Assembly (NCBI GenBank): GCA_043228905.1
Contig: JBHGNT010000009.1
Location: 12,462,001-12,526,000, forward strand
DNA length: 64,000 nucleotides
Direction: 5' to 3'
Source: Azolla caroliniana
Lineage: Eukaryota > Plantae > Polypodiophyta
The notes under the pieces are model-generated. The model saw only the letters and a list, made by a program, of their open reading frames with translations, had not been told where the DNA came from and did not search any database. This document shows positions 1-10,792 of the stretch, piece by piece (positions within the stretch are counted from its first letter, which is position 1; each line of letters starts with the position of its first letter). Both the position numbers and the translations under genes were made by a program.

Positions 1-699
1 CTCCTCGGTACCGCCATCCATCTCCTCGATCTTATATGGGCATACGGGCCCGAATGCCGAGTTCTCCGGAATTGGGTCCGTGGGCTTTTGTCCGCTCCTA
101 CCCCGTATCGTCTCGCCGGTGATTCTTGGCCTTTCGCCGCCGCCTTCCTCCGCTTGGGACTCACGTGGGCACTCGGGCCCGACTGCCATCGTCTCGGGAG
201 TAAGTGTGGGAAGACACAAAGAATCGCCCGTCCGTTTTACGCCCTTGTCCGTAGCCACCGGCTCTCCGTGGTCGGCGGTCGTCTTCTTACCGATCGCGCA
301 AGCCCCGTCTGGGCTTCCTTCTCCAATGACCGGGATCTCGGGTTGACACGCCCGAAACCGCTGGTCCCAACGTTCTGGTTCCGCGATCGGTATCTCGGCC
401 TCGTCCTTGGTCGTTCTATCTCCGCAAGTCGAGAGGGCGTTTTGTTCCACACCCTCTCCCGTGGTACCGTGGTACCGATCTTCCGCCGTCGCGTGGGGCA
501 AGTCCATCTCCTTGGTCTCGGCTTCCGGCCTTGATCTTCCCTCTTCCTCGAGCATCGCTTTGAGAGCTGCGTACGCCTCCGCAATCCTGGCCCCAACGCC
601 GATCCTTGCCAACTCCCTTTTCCGTTCGGCCTCTTCCCGTTGTGATGGCACGCCATCGCGTACCTTCCTCCTAGCCTTCTCGGCTCGCTCGTTGTCTAG

Positions 700-1296
700 C
701 CGTTGGCACACATTTCCGACCTTCGCCCAGTCCTCCGTAAGCCCATTCGCTCCATCATCGTCTTCGAGTTCAATCCCGATGGCTTCCCATTCCGCTCGGT
801 CGATCGACCTGACGAACAATAGGACCTTGTCCGCCCCCACCAAACCTTGTTCCCGCTCCGGGAGCCGAGCAAGCCGATGCTCGAACTCTCGGAACGCCTT
901 CATTGCACCCCGGTGGGTTTTTGCCGTTGCTACCCACTGGTCGAAATCGTGTCATCCCCGGCTCTTTCGCCGTCCTCTGTATGCCTTCAAGAGCGCCTCT
1001 TCGAAGGCCTCCCACGAACTATGAGCCTCACGGAGCTCCTTCACTTCCGCATGCATCCGGACAGCTACGACCCGACGGAAGAACTCCAGCCTCAACGCCT
1101 CGTCTACGCCACACTCCTCCATTTCCGCGTTGTAGGCTTCTAGGTAAGATGGGACTTTGTCCCCGTTGAAACGGCCGACTCTTTCGACCACTCGCTCAAC
1201 CGCTTGTTGCGCTGCTTCTTGCCTCATCACCACTCGTGCCAACTCCAACACCACTTCGGCCACCATCTCCGCAAGGTCGTCGTCTTCTAACTCCAT
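700..1296 (-). pseudogene. gag: Gag of element A, frameshifted near 960
   Basis: GRFNGDKVPSYLEAYNAEM...SWEAFEEAL vs J gag GQFNGKDASRYLRDYKAEM...TWGSFEEAL. Confidence 0.75.
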
Positions 1297-1311
1297 CCTC
1301 CGTCCCCGCCT

Positions 1312-1329
1312 TTCACGTCGGGTTCACCA
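1312..1329 (-). promoter_or_regulatory. Primer-binding site complementary to tRNA-Trp 3' end (element A)
   Basis: + strand TTCACGTCGGGTTCACCA matches the 3' end of plant tRNA-Trp(CCA) plus CCA as I recall it. It lies 4 nt inside the LTR end. Confidence 0.8.
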
Positions 1330-2052
1330 AATATGTCGCGTTGTTACGTGCGTGCGTGGAGAAAGGCGGGACCACGGGGGTCTTGGGCGAGAGAGTGATG
1401 GAGCGTAGAGAGTCATGCTTCACTGTTTCTGGGGCATCCCAAAAACACACCGGAAGCAACCAAAGGGGGAGAGAGAGAGAGAGCGTGCTTAACACCGACT
1501 CACGCCTTATGTACAGAAAACGCAAGAGAGGGTAAGCACCCGACGCCAACAACGACGCGAATATACACAGACAAACATAAACGTATATGTATGTATATAT
1601 ATACGAAGAATACATTCCCGGCTTCGAGCCGGACTGAGGTGGGTTACAGTAGTCGTCTGCTACCAAGCTGCCGTCGGGGAGCTCTTAGCTCGTCGCGCCG
1701 AGCGGGGTTTTGCACAGGAGGCCGAACCAAAGCAAACCCTAAGAGAAACACGAAGCAGGAGAAGAAGAAGAACCTAACTCTAAACCTAACGGTATAGCCT
1801 CTATTGCAAAATGCGCAACCCTTTTCCAAAGGGCGTTCCCTTCCTTTTATAGAACAAGGAAGGGGATGCGCTACAATGTGGGACAAATCCCGCCTTCCAT
1901 GGGATCGTCTGCCTGGTCTTGACTACTCTTCGGCGCCATAAAGGCACCCTCGATATTCACACTAAATGTACATGGGTGCGTACACACGCTGCACCCCGCC
2001 GATGAACCCAATGTTTCCCGGTTTCCGCCTTTGGCCGAAATTCTTCACGACA

Positions 2053-4463
2053 ACGTGCTCTAGATCCGGAAATCTCCGGGGGGGCCTTCTCTCTCTGAGA
2101 GGATATCTCCGTCTTTGGCTTTCGACAACCGGCTCCTCTATTTGTTCTTCATCCAAATCCGATTTGGGGTCTTGGCCAGTTCTGGTTTCAACTTCCTCTA
2201 CTTCTGCTTCATCCGGTTCGGTATCCACAGCGTAATCGGTTGGTTCCTCAAGTGTCAACCGGCTCTTAGCTGGGTGGGTCCGAATCTCATCGGAGTTCAT
2301 TATCTCTTCTCTGACTCCCAGTCGGCAACAGTCTTGTCCTCCATGAAGATAATATCTCAACTCCGGAATACTTTTTGGTCGACCGGGTCCCACACTCGGT
2401 AGCCGAACTCATCGCCACCATAACCGAGGAATATGCATGGCCGGGTCTTCGGATCTAACTTTCCTCTCCGGTCCTTAGCTACATGCACATACACATGACA
2501 CCCGAATACCTTCAGATGCCGGTAGGACACTTCCTTACCGGTCCAGACTCTCTGCGGCGTGTCTCCGTCCAAGGGTACTGAGGGTGATCTGTTTATCACA
2601 TATGTCGCCGTTGACAGTGCCTCAGCCCAAAACGTCTTGGGTAATTTTGCATGCGCCAGCATACTCCGGACCCTCTCCATTATGGTCTGGTTCATCCTCT
2701 CGGCCAACCCATTTATTTCCAGGGTCTTCGGCACGGTAAATTCGAGCCGGATTCCCTTCGAGCGACAGTACTCCTTGAACTGCCCCCGGTATTCTCCTCC
2801 GTTATCTCCTCGAACCGCCTTCAGCTTCCGGCCGGTTTCTCTTTCCACTCTCGCATGGAGCTCTTTGAAGACGGATAGCACCTGATCCTTCGTCTTCAAC
2901 GGTGTGGCCCACAGCTTCCGGCTGTGGTCATCTATGATTGTCACGAAGTAATGCGATCCGGCATGTGACTTCGTGTCCACTTGACACACATCAGTATGCA
3001 CCAACTCTAGTGGTGCATTACGTCTCATCGGTGGCCTTGATCGGAAGGAGGTCCAATTTTTCTTACCAGCTAGGCAATCAGTCCTTCACCGGAATGAGGT
3101 TGTCATTGGCAAGCCTCTGCATCCCCTTCTCGCTCATGTGGCATAGTCTCTTGTGCCACAGCTCACCGGCAGTGTCGAAAGCCACATTCACTTCTTTCGG
3201 GCATAACTGGGCATTCATCAGGTACATCGTGTTGACCTTCCGGGCCTGCGCCACTATCAGGCTCCCTTCGCTGAATTTCATGACTCCGTTCCAGATGCTA
3301 CCTGTGTAGCCTTCATCATCTAGCCGACCGCCTGATATTAGGTTCAGTCGAACCTCCGGAACGTGTCAGACATCCTTCAGCAACAACTTGCATCCGGTTG
3401 GTGTTGTCAACCACACGTCTCCTATGCCGACAATTCGGCATGTACCTTCATTCCCCATCCGGACACAGTCGTGATCACCGGCTGTGTAGGATGAGAAGTA
3501 TTCACGGTTCGGGGTAAGGTGGAACGACGCTCTGGAATCAACAACCCACGTTGTCTCGTCGCCGACAAGGTTCAACTCACTCTCCTCGGTGATGAGCATC
3601 AACTTTTCTTCACTTGCCACGATTGTTGTCGTTCCCTTCTGGTCCGGCCCCCTCCGGTCTTTACCGTTCCAATCCGGTGTCCGCTTCGAATCGGTACTGT
3701 CGGTTTCCTTGTCTTTTCGGAAGTGCCGACAGTTCTTCTGGAAGTGTCCCGGCTTGCCGCAATAGAAGCAGGTAGGCCTTCCCCTTGACTTTGACTGTGT
3801 GCCCGACTTCTCTCGGTTCTGGGGACTACGGTTCCTTTGTCTTCCGCGTTCCGATTCGGTAATGAGCGCTTTGGAGTCGGAGTTCGTATCCTTGTCTTTC
3901 CGACGCGCCTCCTCATCTAGCAAGCTCGACTTCACTCTTGCTAGGAATAACCGTTTCCCTTCCGGCCCGGCATTGCCCAAAGTGACAACCAACGTCTCCC
4001 AGCTATCTGGGAGGGAACCGAACAGGAGTAGCGCTAGTACCTGATCGGCGAGAGGTACTTCCAATGATGTTGCCTGGTGGATCAGCCCCTGGAAGGCTTT
4101 CATGTGCTCCGCCATGCTGGAGCCATCTTGGTACCAGACTCTTACTAGCTTCCGAAATACCGAAACCTGATTAACAACATTTTTGTTCTGAAATATAATG
4201 CCAATCTTCTCCCAGAGCTCATGAGCCTTGCTCTCTTCATTGAAGTTGTTGTATAGACTCATGTCGATGAAGCACCGTATGTACGTCGTTGTCTTCATTT
4301 GCATCACCTCCCATATCGCGGCATTGATTTTGTCCGGTCTCTTGTCCCCGAACTGAACCGGAAACCAAAGATCTTTAACCACGACCATGTCCCTCATCTT
4401 TGACTTCCACATTGAATAGTTGGAGCCGGTGAGCTTGAACATGCCTCCCAATGAATCGTCCAT
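2053..4463 (-). pseudogene. Copia B gag-pol polyprotein (gag, PR, IN), disrupted by stops and frameshifts
   Basis: ORFs 3366-4529, 3078-3281, 2357-3028 and 2053-2393 follow the Copia domain order gag-PR-IN. Confidence 0.85.
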
Positions 4464-4672
4464 TTTTCTGTGTCGTTTCGCTCTGATACCACTTTGATAG
4501 GATACTTGTCTCCAACTATGCTCGGCCACAACCGAGACGTCGGATCAATCACAGAAAAACAGGGATGTGGAGAGATGTATCTACGCACGAAACACTAAAG
4601 AAGAGAGTGCACAGGTTTCGTGAGATGTTGGAAGAACATGGAAAGCATTTGCATTCACATCAAAGGAGATAG

Positions 4673-7600
4673 TGTTGAGAGACAAGCTCAACATCGGCCA
4701 GATCGGCTAAAGAAGCCGAGGACCGGATCGGTTGGGACCGATCGGTTAGGCCGAGTGCGTAAACCGGGAGGTCGTTAGGAAAGATATTCCGTGAGGAATA
4801 TATTTGGGAGTTAGTGTAGGGGCTCTTGATGAGCATTGAAGTATTGTCAGTACTTCGGTCAGTCCTTTTAGGACTTGTATAAAAGTGCTCACTGAGCACG
4901 TCTTATGTACAGAGATTGAGTATTATTGTGAAATATAGTTTTTTGTGTTCTCTCTCTTTGTCTCTCCTGCGTATACCGTGTAAGCTCAAGCTCTCCATTA
5001 AACCTGTGTTTCCTTCCTCTGTTCTGTCTTCATACCTGCTTCCGCACGCTACTTTCTACATGGTATCAGAGCGCGAGGGTTGAGAACCTCTCTGCAGCTG
5101 ACGCAGCTTGACGAAGAAGAACAAGAAGAACGATGGATAGAGGCATGGCGAGCTCGCTTCCAAGAGAGAAGCTCGACAGAACCAACTACGCGTCTTGGTC
5201 CTACAAGATGCACCAGTACCTGCTCGGGCATGGCTACTGGAGTTATGTCGAAGGAGCTAATGACGCGGCACCCGAATCGACACACAGAGACTTCCCGTCG
5301 TGGGAGCAATCAGCGAGCAGGGTACTATACTGTTTCGCGTCGTGTGTGGGCGAACATCTACTGAGCTATGTTCGGGATGCAAAGACGCTGAAGGGTGCGT
5401 GGGAAAATCTAAAGAAGATTTTCACTGCAAGCACCACAGCCAGGAAGCTTCAGCTCCGACAGGAGTTGAGCAACCTACGACAACGCGACTTGTCGGTGGC
5501 AGACTATACCTCGAAGATCAAGGATATCTGCGACTCCCTCACCTCCATAGAGGTGAACATCGAGGAGAGCGAGATGGTCCAGATCTGTCTCGGAGGTTTG
5601 GCGTCGAAGTTCGGAGCGTTCCGAACAGTTGTGTGTACCCGGGAGATGAGTCGTCCTTTTTCGACTTACAGTTGATGCTCCTAGTAGAGGAGAACCACGT
5701 GGGTGCGTCGACAAGCACGCACACCAACAGCAAGATGTTGTACACGGAGGGAGAAAGGCCCCGTGGTCGTGGCGGACGAGGCGAGTCAGTACGCAATGGA
5801 AGCAGCCGACGAGATCAAGGAAGAAGGCATCGATGTGATGCCGACAGCAACTCCGGACCCTCCGGAAACAGGGGGAGTCGAAGCGATGAGAACCGGCAAG
5901 GGAAGGCCATCGCAGAGTGCTGGTATTGTGGCAAGAAAGGCCACAGGGAAAGCGAGTGTTGGAAGAAGCGCGCCGATTTGGAGAGAACCGGTTCCGGAAA
6001 CGGCTCCAGACATACCCACAAGGGAAATCGGCAGCGATCGCACTACGCCGAAGACTCCGGGAGAGCCGGAGAAGGGACTGCCTTCGTGACGAGACACGAA
6101 GCAAACTCAATGAAGCAGACCACCCCGAGATCAGACCAGGTGTGGTACGTAGACTCCGGCGCGTCAAACCACATGACAAGCCATAAGGAGTGGTTCTCGT
6201 ACCTTGAAAAACCGATACAACCTGGAGTAGTCGCAACTAGAGACGACACTCCGCATCCGATCGCGAATGTCAGAGAAGTTCCCCTTAGCCATGTCGGGCA
6301 GAAAGGGAAACTCATGAACGTGCTGCACGTCCCGACAATCACGAAAAATTTGGTCTCGGTCGGACAGATAGTCGACCAAGGAATGGAGGTTCGGTTTACA
6401 CACCTCGGGTGCTTCATTGAGGAAGAAGGCCGTGTGATTGCGCAAGGGCGCAGAGACGGGAGGATGTTCATCCTTGACTCCACTGACAGCGACACCGCAA
6501 TGTTCGCGAAGGGACAAAAGACCGAGTCAGACATCGACTTGTGGCACAAGTGGATAGGCCACGTCAACTACCAACGGCTTCAAGATATGCAAACGAAACA
6601 GGTAGTGTTCGGATTGCCCAAATTTAGTGGCCGAAAGGCACAAATTTGTGAAGCCTGCCAGCTCGGGAAGCAACATCGACTTCCCTTCCCCAACGAACGA
6701 AACCAGAGCCGGAACAAGCTCGACCTTATACACTCCGATGTGTGGGGACCGGCACAAAACGTTAGTCTTGGCGGGAGCCGATATTTCGTCTCCTTCATCG
6801 ACGACCACACGCGGCACACGTGGATCTACCTCATTGAGAGGAAGAGCGAAGTCTTCGACTATTTCCGGGACCTCAAGGGGTTCGTGGAAACCGAAACGGG
6901 ACGAAAGATCAACTACCTGCGGTCGGATGGCGAGAAAGAGTACTTTTCCGGTCAATTCAACGGTTATCTACAACAAATGGGAATTCGGCGCGAATTCAGT
7001 TGTAGATACACGCTAGAGCAGAATGGCGTGGCCGAGAGAAAGAACCGGTCGATTGTGGAAGCGGCACGGGCAATGCTGGAGGAGAAGAGCTTGCCCAAGT
7101 TCTACTGTGCCGAGGCGGTAAGGACCGCGGTATACATCCAGAACCGGATCGGAGACAAAGTGTCGGCGCACGAGCTATATTTCGGAACGAAGCCGAACTT
7201 GCGACACTTGAGGGTGTTCGGTAGCATTGCGTATGTGCATATACCGAAGGAGAAAAGGAGGAAGCTGGACGCAAAGGCCGAGAAATGCATCTTCGTCGGT
7301 TACTCGAATGGGCAGAAGGGTTATAAGTGCTATAACCCTCACACCAAACAAGCGCGTGTCAGCCGCGACGTTGTGTTTGACGAGTCCGCGTCTTGGTACC
7401 TGCCCCCGACTACGAACCTCGACTCCAATCCGAGTTGTGACGATGAGGTCAGCGAGGCCGAGATGCCTCCTGATGAGCCCGAAATCGAGACCCACGAAGA
7501 GAGTCCGATTTCACTCCGGTTAAGTGGACCGATTGGACGACTGAGTCGGTACGACCAGTCCGATGAGGAGCCGGCGAGTAGTGGAGACTCGGCCGTGCAT

Positions 7601-10277
7601 TCCCCGCGCAGGAAGCCGAGGAGACGGCTTACGCGCAAAGAGAAAGGGAAGAAGAAGGTATCGGATTCCAACACGGAAAGGAATGAGTCAGACCGACACG
7701 AGTCCGACTCCGAGGGAACCGGTGACAGGTCTTTAAAGATGAAGACCGCATCGACCGAGAAGGCCTCGACATCGGCTAATGTGAGATTACACCGATCTAC
7801 CCGCCAAAAGAACCCAGTTGTGCGGTTCGGTTACAACGAGTACATGGCGCATCATTATGCGTACATGACCCGTGTAGCGGAAGTGCGTGAGCCGGAGAGC
7901 TACGCAGAAGCGGCTAAAGATGCGAATTGGCGTGCCGCGATGGAGGAAGAGATGCACGCATTCGTGGAGAACGAGACCTGGAACCTAGTTGACGCACCGA
8001 AGGGTGTGAAGCCGATCGGGTGTAAGTGGGTGTACAAGGTCAAGTACAACACCGATGGCTCGGTCAACCGGTACAAGGCTCGGCTAGTGGCAAAGGGCTA
8101 CGCACAGAAACACGGCATCGACTACGATGAGACTTTTGCGCCGGTCGCGAAAATGACGATCGTCCATGTTTTGCTGGCAGTAGCTGCGGCGAAGGGGTGG
8201 CACTTACATCAAATGGATGTAAAGAATGCGTTCCTGCAAGGTGACCTTGAGGAACAGGTGTACATGGTACAGCCCCCTGGATTTCACTCCGGAACGAACT
8301 CCTCGACAGTATGCCGACTGAAGAAGTCCCTTTACGGACTGAAGCAAGCCCCGTGTGCCTGGAACGCGAAGATCACGCAACAACTACGTCGGATGGGCTT
8401 CGTCACGTCAAAATCAGACTCTTCCCTATTCATCCGGAAAGGTCGACTCGGACCGATTATTATTTTACTATATGTTGATGACTTGGTCATCACCGGCGCC
8501 GACCTAGGTGAAATCGACCGCGTGAAGCTCCAGCTTGCGGCATCGTTCGACATGAAGGATTTGGGGGACCTTCATTACTTCCTCGGGATCGAAGTGATCC
8601 GTACCCCCGAAGGCATATTGATCAGCCAACATCATTACGTGATGAATATGCTCTTCAAAGTCAGGATGGCCAACTGTAAGTCCATCTCGACTCCTCTGGA
8701 CAGAACCGTCAAGCTTCGTCCCGATACGGGAAAGGTATGCGACCCGACGAGGTTCCGACAAATTGTCAGAAGCCTCATATACTTGACCATCACGTGACTC
8801 GACCTCAGTTACCCGGTCGGGGTGATCAGTCAGTTCATGGCGCGACCTACCGAGGAGCACCTTCAGTGTGCGCAACGCATACTTCGGTATGTCAACGGCA
8901 CTAAGAATCGGGGACTGCTATATCGGACTGGTGCAGCCGCGCAGTTAGTCGGCTACACTGATGCTGATTGGGCTGGCAACGCCGCTGATCGCCGATCCAC
9001 GTCCGGATACGCGTTCTCCCTCGGGAGTGCCGCGATCGCGTGGAGCAGTAAGAAGCAGCCGACAGTTGCACTGTCGAGCACCGAAGCTGAGTACCAAGGA
9101 GCGGCTGTCGCGACATGCGAAGCCATCTAGTTGAAGCGGCTACTTAAGGATCTACAAGTGGAGGTGTCAGATCCGACGACGATCTACTGCGACAACCTCA
9201 GCAGCATCCAGCTCGCGAAGAACCCCGTTTTCCATGCACGGACCAAGCACATTGAGGTGCATTACCATTTCGTCCGTGAGCGTGTCCTTTCCGGTGAAGT
9301 CGAACTTCAGTACGTTCCGACGGATTGGCAGGCTGCCGACATCTTCGCCAAGCCTCTTGGTCTGGACAAGTTGCGGCAATTCTCAGGTGCGCTCGGGTTG
9401 CGTCACCTTGACGTGCCGAACTTGAGGGGGAGAACAGTCCCGAACGACCAAGCAAAGCAGCAGGAAAGGAGCGGACACCGTGACACCGAATCAGTTGTCG
9501 AGTTTGACATCAGATCGGCTGAAGAAGCCGAGGGCAAACCCGCAGAAAGGTTCGGAAGCAGACAGAAGGGGAGCAACCGAAGGAGAGAGCCGAAGCCAAC
9601 CACGCATGAGGAGGATGACGCCATCAAGGGCGAGAAGACCGAAGACGAGTTGGAGACAGCTAACTCGGACGAGAGCGAAGACCGATCGGAGGTAGCCGAG
9701 TCGGTTCGGATGTTTGATTCAGACACGCTGAATCAACAGAGGCCCAAGCGGAAGAAAAGGCAGCAGGAGAGGCGTCAACACCGCAACAGCAGAAGAGCTA
9801 AGGGCCGCAGGAGCGCGAGCGAGGCGTGAAGCCAGGAGGAACCAGTGCTGTGAAGATCCCGAAGAGCCTCAAGTTGAGCTTGAGGGGGAGTGTTGAGAGA
9901 CAAGCTCAACATCGGCCGGATCAGCTGAAGAAACCGAGGACCAGATCGGTTGGGACCGATCGGTTAGGCCGAGTGCGTAAACCGGGAGGTCGTTAGGAAA
10001 GATATTCTGTGAGGAATATATTTGGGAGTTAGTGTAGGGGCTCTTGATGAGCATTGAAGTACTGTCAGTACTTCAGTCAGTCCTTTTAGGACTTGTATAA
10101 AAGTGCTCACTGAGCACGTCTTATGTATAGAGATTGAGTATTATTGTGAAATATAGTTTTTTGTGTTCTCTCTCTTTGTCTCTCTTGCGTATACCGTGTA
10201 ATCTCAAGCTCTCCATTAAACCTGTGTTTCCTTCCTCTGTTCTGTCTTCATACCTCCTTCCGCACGCTACTTTCTAC
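4673..10277 (+). mobile_element. Near full-length Ty1/Copia element C
   Basis: LTRs 4673-5060 and 9891-10277 (~388 bp, about 12 mismatches counted by eye). PBS TGGTATCAGAGC 5061-5072. PPT 9882-9890. Order gag-PR-IN-RT-RH. No 5-bp TSD (see findings). Confidence 0.97.
5133..9829 (+). pseudogene. Copia C gag-pol polyprotein with one frameshift (~5650) and two premature stops (8795, 9128)
   Basis: CWYCGKKGHRESEC knuckle, WYVDSGAS protease, HSDVWGP/NGVAERKN integrase, QMDVKNAF/YVDDL RT, YTDADWAG...ADIFAKPL RNase H. Confidence 0.93.
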
Positions 10278-10792
10278 GCACGAAACAGTAAAGAAGAGAG
10301 TGCACAAGATGTTAACGTGGAAAACCCAAATATGGGAAAAACCACGATAGCCCTCAGACTGCAAAATATCACTATATCAAGATTACAACAATGGGGCACA
10401 GAGGCAACGACCTCTTGCTCCCTCTCTTCGCCACCATGCGGTTACAACAGAGGCAACAACCTCTGTATATCACTCTCTCTACCTCTCTTACGCACTGTAC
10501 AGAAGTTACACCCGCAAATAACTCTATCATGATTGCTATTAAGTTTTCCCTAGGTCATATTTATACTAATATGACTTTCGGGCTATTTACAAATATAGCC
10601 CTAGTGGGCTCTCTAGAACATATTTATATATATGTCCCTTCCATCCGATGAGAGGTTCTCACCAGGCCTGCAACATCCGGTTCTCACTGGGTCTTCCTTG
10701 CCGGGTACTCGTCATCCGGTTCTCACCGGGTCTTTCGTTGCCGGGTACTCCACATCCGGATTCGGCCGAGGCCGATACACTGTTTCCTAACA

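Larger units (their letters stand above)
1..2052 (-). mobile_element. Gypsy-type LTR retroelement A (5' LTR, tRNA-Trp PBS, gag; runs off the left edge), inserted into Copia B pol
   Basis: LTR 1334-2052 reads TGTCGTG...CGCGACA on -. A PBS follows. Gag (ORF 952-1296, continuing frameshifted as FDQWVATAKTH...IELEDDDGANGLTEDW) aligns by eye with gag of element J. It interrupts the B pol frame at ...PDLEHV. Confidence 0.85.
2053..10792 (-). mobile_element. Ty1/Copia element B (5' LTR split by element C; gag-PR-IN; 3' part outside window), inserted into Gypsy D RT
   Basis: PBS TGGTATCAGAGC (tRNA-iMet) on - at ~4480-4491. LTR = 4495-4613 + 10278-10792 with termini TGATAGGA/TCCTAACA. ORF 3366-4529 has a CFYCGKPGHFQKNC knuckle and WVVDS protease motif. 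ORF 3078-3281 has LWHKRLCH. ORF 2357-3028 is an integrase core (LELVHTDVC, DNGGEY, NGLAERMN). Confidence 0.9.

Noticed and set aside
9402-9829. env-like gene in Copia C or H
   Set aside because: The tail is in frame with RNase H, highly charged, and has no signal peptide or transmembrane segment.
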